A stretch of DNA of 64,000 nt from an uncultured bacterium. GTDB taxonomy: Bacteria; Oederibacteriota; Oederibacteriia; Oederibacteriales; Oederibacteriaceae. This document shows, one piece after another, positions 1 through 9,913 of this stretch. Every line of letters starts with the position of its first letter. The stretch's first letter is position 1. The notes beneath the pieces are model-generated. The model did no database searches and was not told where the DNA came from. It saw only the letters and a program-made list of their open reading frames with translations. The position numbers and the translations under genes were made by a program. Location of the stretch: assembly GCA_965112635.1 (NCBI GenBank), contig OZ218778.1, positions 544,001 to 608,000 on the forward strand. Direction: 5' to 3'.

Positions 1-3000
1 CCACAGCCTGGGGTTCATGCCGGACAAGGCCAGGGATTTTTCCAGCCACAAGAGGGCCTGTTCCATCTGGCCCGTCTTGAAATACAGCTCGACCAGTCCC
101 ACGTGAGGGGCCAGTAAAGCCGGGGCGATCTTCAAGGCTTTTTTGTAGGACTCCATGGCGTTCCCGACGGCGCCCTGCTCAACCTGGTACTGGGCCATCT
201 GGGTGTAAGCTTCGGCGTTCTCGGGTCCCAAAGCCACGGCCTTGGCAAAAGACTCCCGGGCGTACCCGTCCAGTCCCTGCTTTTGGTAGTACATCCCCAG
301 CCAGAAATAGGCTTTGCCCTCTTTGGGGAAACGGCTGAGCAGTTTTTTCCAGACCACGCTCGCCTGCTTCTCCTGTTTGTTGTCCCACAGGGCCTGGCCG
401 AGCTGGTAATAGTATTCCACGCGGTCGGGATCTCCCTTGACCGCCTTTTCCCATTCGTGGATGGCCTCACCGCGCCGTCCCTTGGCGCCAAAATGCTCCG
501 CCAGCTTCACGTGGGCCGGGCTGTAGTCGGGGTCCAGGGTGCAGCAGGTCTTGTAGCTGGCCACGGCTTTTTCTTCCTTGCCCATGGCCGACAGGATCTG
601 CCCCAGGCCGTAATAGATCTCCGTCTCTTTTTCAGGCGAGTGCTGCTTGGCCTTTTCGTAGGCCTCCAGGGCCAGCTCCCAGTAAGCGCTGGCCTGGCTG
701 GCTCTAGCCAGCGAGAGGGCCAGCTCCGGCTGGCCGGGGTCGATCTCAAAAGCCTTGCGCAGGGACACCACCGCCTCTTTGGGCTTGTTCTGCTGGAGCT
801 GGATCCGGCCTGTCTCGTAGATGGCCGGGGCATAGTCCGGTTTCAGGGCCAGCGCCTTGGCCAGGCTGTCCAGGGCCTTGTCAGGCTCGGACTTTTTGGC
901 CAGGACACGGGCCAGTTCCAGATGCCCTTCCAGCCACTGCGGCTGGTTTTGCACGGCGCGCATCAGGCAGGACAAAGCCTCTTCCAGATGCCCCCGTCCG
1001 GCAAAGCTGCGGCCGAGATAGAGGTTGGCCTGCGCCTGTCCGGGATCCAGTCTCAGGATCCGGGACCAGCAAAGGTGCGCCTGCTCAGGCTGTTCCAGGC
1101 CCTCAAACGCCAGGCCTTGCCCGAGGTTGGCTTCGATGTCTTCGGGTTTGTCTTTTAGAATCTCTTGGTAGGCCTGTTGGGCCTCGGCCCACCGTTTGAG
1201 CCCCAGCAAAGATTCTGCCAGCTGCCTCTGGCCTTCCACGAGGCCGGGCTGGTTTTCCAGCGCCTTTTTCCAGCACCGGATGCTTTCGGCCCAGTCTTTT
1301 TGTTTGAAGGCGGCTCTGGCCATGCCTATGAGGCACTCCTGCTCCGCCTGGTTCAAACGCAGGGCCCTTTTGTAGTAGGCATAGGCTTTGGCCGGCTGTT
1401 CCAGTTCCGCGGCCAGATGTGCGGTCTTGAAGCTCAGGACCCCGTGGGACGGGGCCAGTTCCAAAGCGTTTTCCCAGGCTTTAAGACCGTCCTGCTTCTG
1501 TCCTTCCCTGAGGTGCAACCTGCCCAGACCTTCCCAGGCCAGGGTGTCCTTGGGGTCCAGCTTGACCGATTCCTGCCAGAACTTGAGCGCTGTCTGGGTC
1601 TGGCCCAGCTGCTCGTGCACCTTGCCCAGCTCGTCCAGGATGGTCTTGCTCTGCCGGTCCAGGTCCAGGGCTTTTTCCAGGTACGAACGGCTGCGGTCCC
1701 ACTCTTGCTTTTTGGCGTGGTAAAAACCCAGCTCCGCGTAGGCCGGCTGGAGCTTGGGGTCAAGCTGGATGGCTGTCTGCCATTCGTTGACCGCCAGGTT
1801 GATCCGGTCCTGCTTTTGGCTGATAAGACCGAGCTCGTAGTGGGCCAGGGCCAGCACGGGCTGGGGCGCGTCCCCGCTCTGCAGGGCTTTTTCCAGGCAG
1901 GGCTGGGCTTTCTTGTATTCCCCTTGTTTCAGGTAAAGCCGTCCCAAAAGTTCCTGGGCCTCGGCCAGTCCCGGCAGCAGGCGCAGGACCTTTAGAAGAT
2001 AGGCGATGGAATCGCCCCATTCCTTTTTCTCAAAACTCATCTTGGCCAGTTGCAGCAGGGCCGTCCCGTTCTTGGGATCATACTCCAGCGACTTTTCGTA
2101 AGCGTGGTGCGCATCCCCGGTCCGGCCCTGGATCATGGCCAGTTCCGCCAGGTTGACCCAGACCCGGGCGTGCCGCGGGTTGAGCTTCAAAGCTTTTTTG
2201 AAATAGTCCATGGCCAGGACCAGGGCGTCCTGGGGCAGGTCCGGCGTGGGAGAACTCTTCCTGGCGAGCACCCCGAGGTGATAAAAGACTTCGGCGTTCT
2301 TGGGATGGACGCGGGACGCCTTTTCCAGCATCTCCCTGGCTTCGGGCAATCGGCCGGTGTCCGCCAGGGCCTGGGCCAGCCCGAAAAGGGACTCCAGGTT
2401 TTCCGGTCTGAGGCTCAAGGCGTGGCGGAACGCTTCCTCCGCCCCGCGGCTGTCTCCGATGGCCAGGCAGGATTTGCCCAGGCCTTCATAGGTCTCGGAC
2501 AGATTCTTGAAACTGCTGGTCGCGCTGCGCGGTACCCGTCCCACGATTCTGCGGAACATCTCCACGGCTTTGTAGGGGTAACCCAGGCGGCTGTAAATCT
2601 GGCCCAGTCTAAAACACACGGACAGGTAATTCTCGTTCTCGGGGATTAGGCATTTCTCATAAAGGCCGGCTGCCCGTTCCAGCTTTTTCTCCTCTTCATA
2701 GAGCCCGGCCAGCTCCAGGCAGGTTTCCCAGTGCTGCGGATTGAGGCTCAATCCTTTTTCCCATTCCTGGGCCGCCTTGTCCAAAGCTTTGGTCTTGGCA
2801 TAGGCCTGGCCAAGCCAGTAATGGAACATCTCGGGTGGCACGAGCACTTCGGGCTGGGCCAGCACGACTTTGAATTCCTTCAGGGCTTTTTGGGGCTGAT
2901 CGGTCTTGAGGTACAGCTGTCCCAGCAGGCGGTGGGCCTTGGGAATGTTGTCGTCTTGTTGCAAAGCCTCCAGCAGAACCTTCTCGGTTTCGGCCAGCTC

Positions 3001-6000
3001 TCCCCTTAAAAGCTGCATTTCCGCCAGCCCCAGTCTTGCTCTGAGGTCGTGGGGGTCCAGGGCCAGCGCCTCCTGGAAGGAGACCGAGGCTTCCCTGGGA
3101 AGGCCTAAGAGCATTTGGGCCTGTCCCCGTCCCACCAGGGCTCCGGCGACCTTTTCCTTGTCCAGGGCGCGGTTGAACCAGCCCAAGGCCTCGGCCGGTT
3201 TGCCCAAAAAGACCAGGGCTTCGCCCATGCCTGACAAAGCGGCCACGTCATACGGGGAGGATTCCAAAACTTTTTCATAAAGCTGGATGGCCTGGGGGTA
3301 TTCCGCCAGGTTGGCGCAGGCTTTGGCCAGCTCCAGCATGGTCGGGCGGTCCAGGGCCGCGCCGGTCATGGCCTGCGAGAGCGACTCGCGGCAGGCCTGC
3401 CACTGTCCCTGCTGGAAATAGACCTTGCCGATGGCCCTGTGGACCTGGGCATTCCCAGGGTCCAGGGCCAGCGCCAGCTCGTATTGGGCCAGGGCTTCCG
3501 GCCACTGGCGCCGGTTAAAGAACAGATGCCCCAGTTCGGTGCGGGCCGCGGCCTGGTGCTTGGCCGTGGCTTTGGCCGGGCCGGACTTGAGCACCCGTTC
3601 GTAAAATTCCCTGGCCTCGTCCGGCTGCCCCTGGGCCTTCAAGGCCTGGCCCATGCCTAAAAGCGCTTCGGGCTGGAACGGGTCGCGCCGGAGGATATCG
3701 GCGAAGGCCTGCCTGGCTTTGTTCCACAGTTCCAGATGCAGGGCGGTGTGGCCGATGAGGACGGAGATCTCGTCGTCGGGTCTGAGCTCATAGGCCCTTT
3801 CCAGGATAGGCAGGGCCCGGGAAAATTCCTTTTTATAGATAAGATAGCGGCCGTATCCCCACTGGGCCTCCCCGCTGTCCGGGTCTACCTGCACGGCCCG
3901 TTCATACTCGGTCCCGGCGGTCTCCAGTTTTTCCTGTTTGGTGTAGAAGCGGGCAAGCCCCAGGGTGGCGTCGAGGTTGAACCGGTCCCTCTGCAGCACC
4001 TCTTCCCAGACCTGCTGGCAGGTGTCCACGCCCATCTTTTCGTAGGCATGGCCCAGGGTCACCAGGGCGGGAACATGGTCGGGCTTGATCCTCAAACTTT
4101 CCTTGAGAGCCTCGCTGGATTTCTGGTAAGCGGCTTGCCGGAAATAGAGCATCCCCAGGTTCCGCCAGGCTTCAGCGTGCTGGGGCAGCCTCTTGACGGT
4201 CTGTTCCAGGCTGCGGATGGCTTCGTGGACCACGCCCTGGCGCATGAACTCCATGGCCAGCTCAAAGTAAGCGTCTCCGTTTTCCGGGTCGCCCTCGATG
4301 CAGCGCATGAAGGCGGCCATGGCCTCGGAGCCGGCGTTCTGTTCTTTATAGGCCAGTCCCAAAAGGAAGTAGGCCTGCGGGTCGCGGGGGTTTAACTGCA
4401 GGGCCCTCTTGAGGCTTTCCAAAGCCTCTCGCACCTGCCCGGCTTTGAGCAGGGCAAAGCCGAGCTCCCTCTGGTAGGCGGCTTCCTCGGGCTTGAGGTC
4501 GACCGCGTGCTTGAGGGCCCGGGCCGCTTCCGCATAATCGCCTTTTTTGAGGTAGACCTCGTATAGGCTCAAGAATCCCTGTTCCTGCTCCGGCTTTTTG
4601 TCCACCGCCTGCTTTAACAGTTCCTGGGCCCGCTCCAGGTCGTTCCTTTGAACGCAGACAAAGGCCAGTTTGCGCAGGGCATTATAAAGGTCGGGCAGGT
4701 CCTTGGCTCCGGCAGCCTGGGCGTCCGTGATGCTTTGCAAAACTCGGTCCCAGTAATAGGCGGCCTGGTCCCAGTTCCGCCTGGCCAGGGAAAGTTCGCC
4801 CAGTTTTTCCATGATCCGGGCCTGGTCCGGAGCCAGTTCCAGGCTGGCGTGGTACATCTGCCAGGCTTCTTCGAGGTAGCCCAGCCTTTCCAAAGTTTCC
4901 GCGTAGGCGGTCTTGTAGGAGACCTCCCGGGATTCCAGTTCCACGGCCTTTTTCAGGCACGGCTCCGCGCTCTCTTCGCTGTGCATGGCCTGGTAAGCGC
5001 AGCCCATCTTGTAGTGGGCCAGGGCCAGATCCGGGTTGAGGAACAGGGCGTGTTGCAGCAAAGGCAGGGATTCTCCCCACTTTTCTTCCTTTTGCTCCAA
5101 AAGGCCGAGCAGCAGGTAAGCGTAGGGCTGCTGCTCTTCCCTCTGCAGGCTTTCCTGGATGTAGCTGCGCGCCTTCTCCCCCTCACCCTTGTCCATGTGG
5201 ATCTTGCCCAGCTGGAACAGGACCTCGGCGTCCGCGGCCTGCAGGCTGATGACCCTCTCCAGGAGTTCCGCGGCCTTGTCATTTTTTTCCGCGCGGACCA
5301 GGAGCAGGGCGTACTCTTTGAGGACTTGGGGCTGTTCGGGGTTGAGCTCGGCGGCTTTTTCAAAAGCGTCCAAAGTCTGTTTAAAGGTTCCGCTCTGTTT
5401 GAGAAGCTGCGCTTTGTGCCAGGCCGCCCCGCTATGGCGCACCTGGACCTGCAGGGCTTTTTGGAACGATTCCAGTGCTTCCTTGTAGGCGCTCCGCTCC
5501 TCATAGAGCAGGCCCAGCTGGTAGGACGGCTCCGGGTCGTGGGGGAGCAGGGTGACGGCTTTTTTCAAACAGCTCTCAGCCTGGTGCGCGTCCCTGATCT
5601 CATGGTAAGCCAGGCCCATCTGGAGAAAGGCCTTGCCGTCGTCCGCGTCAAGCCGCACGACCTCGTTCCACTGTTCCAACGCCTCCCGCCACTGCAACCT
5701 CTTCCCGTAGACCAGGGCCAGCTGGGACCGGTACTCCGCGTTCTTCAGGTCCAGCTGCACGGCCTGCTTGAGCTGCAGGCTGGCTTCGGTGTGCATGCCG
5801 CGGCTCGTGTAAAGCATGCCCAGGTTGAAATGGCCCAGGGCGTGCCCGGGCGCCAAATTGAGGGCGTGGTGATAATACTGCATAGCCTTATTGAAGTCGT
5901 TCTTCTTGGCCAGCACCCCGGCCAGGCCCAAAAGCGCCTCCACGTGGTCGGGGTTGCCCAGGAGCACCTCCTGGTACATCTCCAGGGATTTATCCAGGAT

Positions 6001-7881
6001 GCCTTTTTTCAAATAGGCCTGGGCCAGGCCGCAGCGGGCCTCGAGATCCTTGGGCAAGCCTTCCAAAATCTTTTTCCAGACCAGGATAGCCCGGTCCGCC
6101 AGGTTCTTGCTGTTGAGGGTATGCCCCATCCCGGTCTGGGCCGCCAGGCTCTGCGGATCCAGTTCCAGCGTCAGGCGGTACTCGTGCATGGCCTCGTCCA
6201 GGAGTCCGCGTTTGCGGTAAAGGCTCCCCAGCCCGCAATGGGCCGCGAGGTTTTCCTGGTCCACGTCCAGGGCGCGGCCGAACTCTCTGACCGCCCCCTC
6301 GTCGTCGTCCTTGATGAGGCAGATCTGGCCCAAGCCAGCGGAGGCATCGGCCGAAGGCCTCTTTTGCACTATTCGTTGGTAAATGGCCCTGGCCCCCTCC
6401 AGATTGCCTTGTGAAATAAGGACTTCCGCTTCAGCCAGCTCAGCGGCCTGGTTAAAGGGGTCGGCCTGGCTGGCCTGGTGGAAACAGTTGGCGGCTTCGT
6501 CCAACTTACCCTTCTCACGGTAAAGGATGCCCATGTTGAAATAGGCCTTGCTGTAGGAAGAGTCGACCTCCACGGCGCGCTTGAAATATTCCAGCGCCTC
6601 ATCGATCTGGCCAAGCGCGTAATAGGACACACCGATGCGGTAGGGCGCTTCGGCCTGCAGGGGGTCGATCTCCAGGGCCTCCTGGAACTCGGCCAGCGCC
6701 TCCTCGTAACGGCCCTGCTTGTTGTAGCAATGTCCCAGTCCGCAGTAGGCCCTCACCAGGGTCGGGTTGATCTCGATGGCTTTTTCTAGCGCGGCGACCG
6801 CCTTGTCGAACTGGCTCTTCTCGGTATAGGCCTCGCCCAGGTCGCTGTAGGCATCTCCCTGGTTGGCATTCAAGGTCAGGGCTTTTTTCAAAACCTGGAT
6901 GGCCAGGTCCAGCTGGCCGCTCTTGCGCAGGGCGTTGCCCAGGTAAGCCTGCGCCTGGGCGTTCTCCGGCGCGATCTCGACGGCTTTTTTGAACTCGTTG
7001 ACGGCTTTGGACAGGAAACTTTTTTTCTCAAAGGTGAGCCCGAGGTTGAGGCGCGGCTCGACGAAATGGGCATCGCAGTTCACGGCCTTTTTCCATTCCG
7101 TGATGGCCTTGCGGACCAGCCCCTGCTGGCTCCAATACAGCCCGAGGTTGTTATGCGCCCCGGCGAAATCCGGATCGAGCTCCAGCGCCCTCTGGAACTC
7201 CTTGTGGGCCTCTTCAAACTCTCCCCGGTCCGCGAGCATCTCGCCTAGGAGGTTGTGGGGCGCCGCCTGGTCATGGGTGAGCTTGACCGCTTTCCTGCAG
7301 GCGTTCAGGGCCTTCTCCGCCTGGTTCTGCAGGCGGCAGGACTGGGCCAGGTTGAAATAGGCGCTGCCGTTGTCCGGCTCCAGCCTCACGACCTCTTCCC
7401 ATTCCGCGGCCTCTTCGTTGTAATGACCGTGCTCACCGTAGGCCACGGCCAGGTTGAAGTGAGCCTTGGCGTGGTCGGGGTCCAGCTCCAAAACCTTCCG
7501 CCACTCTCTCAACGCGGTCTCATAATTTTCCTGGGTGTAGTGGAGGACTCCGAGGAGATAATGGGCTTGCACATGGGCTGGGTCGATCTGCAGGGCTTTT
7601 TCGTAATTGAGCTGGGCGTCCTCATAGGCTTGTTCGGCGAAATCCACCTGGCCCTGGCCCAAACGGGCCTCCACGAAGTTCGGCTCCAGCTTGAGGGCCT
7701 GGCTGAAGGCGTCCCGGGCGTTGACAAAATCCTTCAGCCCCAGGTAAGCCTGCCCCAGTTGTTCGTAGGGCTCGGCCCGGTATGGCCTGGCCTGGATCTC
7801 TTTTTTCCAAACTCCAACCGCTAGTTCAGGAGGCAGCTTGGAATTGGCTTTTTGGGATCCCCGGCCTGTGACTTTCGGCAT
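1..7881 (-). CDS. Giant tetratricopeptide-repeat (TPR) protein, at least 2,627 aa; 3' end lies beyond the window start
   Basis: ATG at 7881-7879 preceded by AGAAGGAG RBS. Manual translation begins MPKVTGRGSQKANSKLPPELAVGVWKKEIQARPYRAEPYEQLGQAY and continues as TPR units (e.g. AHFNLAVAY, AHNNLGLYW, AYFNMGILY, KALELDP-like turns) to position 1 (...ALSGMNPRLW). The ORF track lists no stop-terminated ORF in this frame, consistent with an uninterrupted frame. Confidence 0.93.
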   Translation of the reverse strand, partial: MPKVTGRGSQKANSKLPPELAVGVWKKEIQARPYRAEPYEQLGQAYLGLKDFVNARDAFSQALKLEPNFVEARLGQGQVDFAEQAYEDAQLNYEKALQIDPAHVQAHYLLGVLHYTQENYETALREWRKVLELDPDHAKAHFNLAVAYGEHGHYNEEAAEWEEVVRLEPDNGSAYFNLAQSCRLQNQAEKALNACRKAVKLTHDQAAPHNLLGEMLADRGEFEEAHKEFQRALELDPDFAGAHNNLGLYWSQQGLVRKAITEWKKAVNCDAHFVEPRLNLGLTFEKKSFLSKAVNEFKKAVEIAPENAQAQAYLGNALRKSGQLDLAIQVLKKALTLNANQGDAYSDLGEAYTEKSQFDKAVAALEKAIEINPTLVRAYCGLGHCYNKQGRYEEALAEFQEALEIDPLQAEAPYRIGVSYYALGQIDEALEYFKRAVEVDSSYSKAYFNMGILYREKGKLDEAANCFHQASQADPFNQAAELAEAEVLISQGNLEGARAIYQRIVQKRPSADASAGLGQICLIKDDDEGAVREFGRALDVDQENLAAHCGLGSLYRKRGLLDEAMHEYRLTLELDPQSLAAQTGMGHTLNSKNLADRAILVWKKILEGLPKDLEARCGLAQAYLKKGILDKSLEMYQEVLLGNPDHVEALLGLAGVLAKKNDFNKAMQYYHHALNLAPGHALGHFNLGMLYTSRGMHTEASLQLKQAVQLDLKNAEYRSQLALVYGKRLQWREALEQWNEVVRLDADDGKAFLQMGLAYHEIRDAHQAESCLKKAVTLLPHDPEPSYQLGLLYEERSAYKEALESFQKALQVQVRHSGAAWHKAQLLKQSGTFKQTLDAFEKAAELNPEQPQVLKEYALLLVRAEKNDKAAELLERVISLQAADAEVLFQLGKIHMDKGEGEKARSYIQESLQREEQQPYAYLLLGLLEQKEEKWGESLPLLQHALFLNPDLALAHYKMGCAYQAMHSEESAEPCLKKAVELESREVSYKTAYAETLERLGYLEEAWQMYHASLELAPDQARIMEKLGELSLARRNWDQAAYYWDRVLQSITDAQAAGAKDLPDLYNALRKLAFVCVQRNDLERAQELLKQAVDKKPEQEQGFLSLYEVYLKKGDYAEAARALKHAVDLKPEEAAYQRELGFALLKAGQVREALESLKRALQLNPRDPQAYFLLGLAYKEQNAGSEAMAAFMRCIEGDPENGDAYFELAMEFMRQGVVHEAIRSLEQTVKRLPQHAEAWRNLGMLYFRQAAYQKSSEALKESLRIKPDHVPALVTLGHAYEKMGVDTCQQVWEEVLQRDRFNLDATLGLARFYTKQEKLETAGTEYERAVQVDPDSGEAQWGYGRYLIYKKEFSRALPILERAYELRPDDEISVLIGHTALHLELWNKARQAFADILRRDPFQPEALLGMGQALKAQGQPDEAREFYERVLKSGPAKATAKHQAAARTELGHLFFNRRQWPEALAQYELALALDPGNAQVHRAIGKVYFQQGQWQACRESLSQAMTGAALDRPTMLELAKACANLAEYPQAIQLYEKVLESSPYDVAALSGMGEALVFLGKPAEALGWFNRALDKEKVAGALVGRGQAQMLLGLPREASVSFQEALALDPHDLRARLGLAEMQLLRGELAETEKVLLEALQQDDNIPKAHRLLGQLYLKTDQPQKALKEFKVVLAQPEVLVPPEMFHYWLGQAYAKTKALDKAAQEWEKGLSLNPQHWETCLELAGLYEEEKKLERAAGLYEKCLIPENENYLSVCFRLGQIYSRLGYPYKAVEMFRRIVGRVPRSATSSFKNLSETYEGLGKSCLAIGDSRGAEEAFRHALSLRPENLESLFGLAQALADTGRLPEAREMLEKASRVHPKNAEVFYHLGVLARKSSPTPDLPQDALVLAMDYFKKALKLNPRHARVWVNLAELAMIQGRTGDAHHAYEKSLEYDPKNGTALLQLAKMSFEKKEWGDSIAYLLKVLRLLPGLAEAQELLGRLYLKQGEYKKAQPCLEKALQSGDAPQPVLALAHYELGLISQKQDRINLAVNEWQTAIQLDPKLQPAYAELGFYHAKKQEWDRSRSYLEKALDLDRQSKTILDELGKVHEQLGQTQTALKFWQESVKLDPKDTLAWEGLGRLHLREGQKQDGLKAWENALELAPSHGVLSFKTAHLAAELEQPAKAYAYYKRALRLNQAEQECLIGMARAAFKQKDWAESIRCWKKALENQPGLVEGQRQLAESLLGLKRWAEAQQAYQEILKDKPEDIEANLGQGLAFEGLEQPEQAHLCWSRILRLDPGQAQANLYLGRSFAGRGHLEEALSCLMRAVQNQPQWLEGHLELARVLAKKSEPDKALDSLAKALALKPDYAPAIYETGRIQLQQNKPKEAVVSLRKAFEIDPGQPELALSLARASQASAYWELALEAYEKAKQHSPEKETEIYYGLGQILSAMGKEEKAVASYKTCCTLDPDYSPAHVKLAEHFGAKGRRGEAIHEWEKAVKGDPDRVEYYYQLGQALWDNKQEKQASVVWKKLLSRFPKEGKAYFWLGMYYQKQGLDGYARESFAKAVALGPENAEAYTQMAQYQVEQGAVGNAMESYKKALKIAPALLAPHVGLVELYFKTGQMEQALLWLEKSLALSGMNPRLW

Positions 7882-7999
7882 CCAGACTCCTTCTAAAAAG
7901 TTTAAAATTTAGACGAACTGGTCTTTCCCCTGAAGGCCATACTTTCAGGGTTTTTTGCCCAAAAAATGTGTAATACCCTAAAAAGGAACGAATATAGAT

Positions 8000-8028
8000 A
8001 TTTTAAATTATAAATTACGGCTTGTCAA
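8000..8028 (-). promoter_or_regulatory. Sigma70-type promoter for the giant TPR gene
   Basis: Minus strand reads TTGACA-N17-TAAAAT in an AT-rich intergenic region about 120 bp upstream of the ATG. Confidence 0.7.
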
Positions 8029-8182
8029 TTTATTCATTAAATAAAGGGGTTACAGGATAGCTTTATAGTCATTTCTAACGAAAAACTCATATTTCTTTAA
8101 AACTCAAAGGTATGCCAAATCATAGAAAAATCGAAGTTTCTGCCAACAAAAACAGGGCTATTAAATATTGAGGGGAGTTTAT

Positions 8183-8258
8183 TGGTGGAGCCGACCGGGT
8201 TCGAACCGGTGACCTCTTCCCTGCCGAGGAAGCGTTCTCCCAACTGAACTACGACCCC
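8183..8258 (-). tRNA. tRNA-Ala(GGC)
   Basis: GGGGTCGTAGTTCAGTTGGGAGAACGCTTCCTCGGCAGGGAAGAGGTCACCGGTTCGAACCCGGTCGGCTCCACCA: 76-nt cloverleaf, G3:U70 Ala identity pair, A73, encoded CCA. Confidence 0.93.
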
Positions 8259-8494
8259 ACCTTGAAAGGGCTGGAAAAAACTGGATGGTTTTTTTCAAGA
8301 ACCTACTAAATATATCACAACAACGGGATTTTCAAACTGTTTTCTTCGCCTCAAACATGATGTCCTTTTGTCGCAAAACCCTTAGAAGACCACAACCTTG
8401 CCAAAAGCGGGTCCCGTGGAAGTTTATTTTGTAATATTCGTTTTTCGAGTGTAGAATTGAAAAATTATACCATTCCCTTGAGCACGGAGACTTG

Positions 8495-8893
8495 ATGCGG
8501 CCTGTAAAAATCCCGAGAAAGCTCTACCTTTGTATAGTCATAGCCCTGGGTTTGATCGGTCTATTTGTGGCCCGGCTCCCTTTACTGATGGCCACGAATG
8601 GGGGTATCGCGGACAACCTCGTGGCTTACCCTAACCCCACCGCCGGGCCGGTCCATTTAAACTTCATATCCACGATCAACGGCACCGCCACGCTGACCAT
8701 CTATACCATCATGGCCAAACCGGTCAGGACCTTTTCGCTGGCCGTGACACCCGGGGTCAATGATTTTTACTGGGACGGGACCACGGATGGCCTGACTATC
8801 GTGGCCAGCGGGGTTTATTTCTGGGTGGTTAAAGTGAGCGTAGCCGGCGGAGGCTTTGGCGAGAACTATTCCAAATTAACTGTCATAAGGTGA
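8495..8893 (+). CDS. Small exported protein consisting of a T9SS C-terminal sorting / FlgD Ig-like domain
   Basis: Hydrophobic N-terminal segment, then AYPNP...TLTIYTIMAKPVRT...WDGT...VASGVYF...KLTVIR, the typical CTD/FlgD_ig pattern. Confidence 0.8.
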   Translation: MRPVKIPRKLYLCIVIALGLIGLFVARLPLLMATNGGIADNLVAYPNPTAGPVHLNFISTINGTATLTIYTIMAKPVRTFSLAVTPGVNDFYWDGTTDGLTIVASGVYFWVVKVSVAGGGFGENYSKLTVIR

Positions 8894-9909
8894 CCATGCT
8901 CGGCAGACCATGCGCAGGTATTTCTGACAAGATAAAGTGTATAGGGATTGCGGCCGTTCCGTTCCTGCTGGCCGCCGGTGCCCTGTTCCTGGCCAATCCC
9001 TCCCTGGAGGCCGACCCCGGCCTCAGTTCCATGGAATTCCTGCAGCTGCCCGTGGGAGCGGTGGGCACCGGGATGGCCGAGGCTTACGGCGGCGAAAGTT
9101 CCCTGGAAGCGACAGAGGTCAACCCCTCGGTCCTGGCTAATTATAAAGGCACGGGCCTGCAGGCCACCCATGAGATGTGGCTTTCTGACATCACCAACGA
9201 TACCGTGCTGGGCGCCTTCGAGCTGGGCAACGAAGGCGGAGTCGGGATTTACCTAGGCTACACCAACCTGGGCTACCAGCAAAGCGCTCAGCCCAGCGTC
9301 ATCCCCGGCGCTTACTATACCCTGGGCGATTACTTCAACAACTACGCTTATCTGATGCAGGTCTCTTATGGGAGAAAACTAGGCGATTTCCTTTCTTTGG
9401 GAGCGGGCGTCAAGATAGCCCAGGAAGTTCTCTATTCCGTCTCCAGCATGGCTGTGGCCTTTGATGTGGGCGCTTCCTGGGTCGAAAAAGACCTGTGGAC
9501 CTTTGCCCTGTCCGTCAAGAACATCGGGGCCGCGCCGACTCCTTACCTTTACGACACGTCCCCCCTGCCGCTGCTTATCCGGCTGGGCATGTCGAAGACC
9601 TTCAAGTTTTCCACGGGTTGGACCCAAAATAACAGTTTTAAGCTGGCCATCGACGGCAAGTTTTTCTCCAGCGACGACAAGGTTTTCTGTTTTGGCGGGG
9701 AATACCAGACCGAGTGGGTCAAGGATAATTCCGTGGCTTTAAGGATAGGATACTCTCGTAAAACCATCGACCAGTCCATTTCCAATTTCAATTTCGGGGC
9801 CGGTTGGACGGGGGTTTACAAGGATTTTGCCCTGTCCCTGGACTACGCCCTGACTCCCTTCATGGACTTCGGCAACACCCATCTTTTAACTCTGGGGGTC
9901 CATTACTAG
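8890..9909 (+). CDS. PorV/PorQ-family outer-membrane beta-barrel protein
   Basis: Signal peptide, FLQLPVGAVGTGMAEA and NPSVLA N-terminal motifs, AFDVG, C-terminal DYA...FGNTHLLTLGVHY. Exact start uncertain (GTG 8890 or ATG 8896). Confidence 0.8.
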   Translation: MTMLGRPCAGISDKIKCIGIAAVPFLLAAGALFLANPSLEADPGLSSMEFLQLPVGAVGTGMAEAYGGESSLEATEVNPSVLANYKGTGLQATHEMWLSDITNDTVLGAFELGNEGGVGIYLGYTNLGYQQSAQPSVIPGAYYTLGDYFNNYAYLMQVSYGRKLGDFLSLGAGVKIAQEVLYSVSSMAVAFDVGASWVEKDLWTFALSVKNIGAAPTPYLYDTSPLPLLIRLGMSKTFKFSTGWTQNNSFKLAIDGKFFSSDDKVFCFGGEYQTEWVKDNSVALRIGYSRKTIDQSISNFNFGAGWTGVYKDFALSLDYALTPFMDFGNTHLLTLGVHY

Positions 9910-9913
9910 CCCA

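Noticed and set aside
283-7824. Long plus-strand ORFs (291, 276, 588 aa and others) and short minus-strand ORFs over the first 7.8 kb
   Set aside because: They are antisense or off-frame shadows of the giant TPR gene, with no RBS or recognisable domains.
8183-8258. tRNA-Ala as an integration site for an island
   Set aside because: No integrase and no duplicated tRNA 3' end were seen in the window.
8350-8420. GTCGCAAAACC resembling part of a c-di-GMP-I riboswitch
   Set aside because: The GGCAAA...GAAA tetraloop stem and the downstream paired region are missing.
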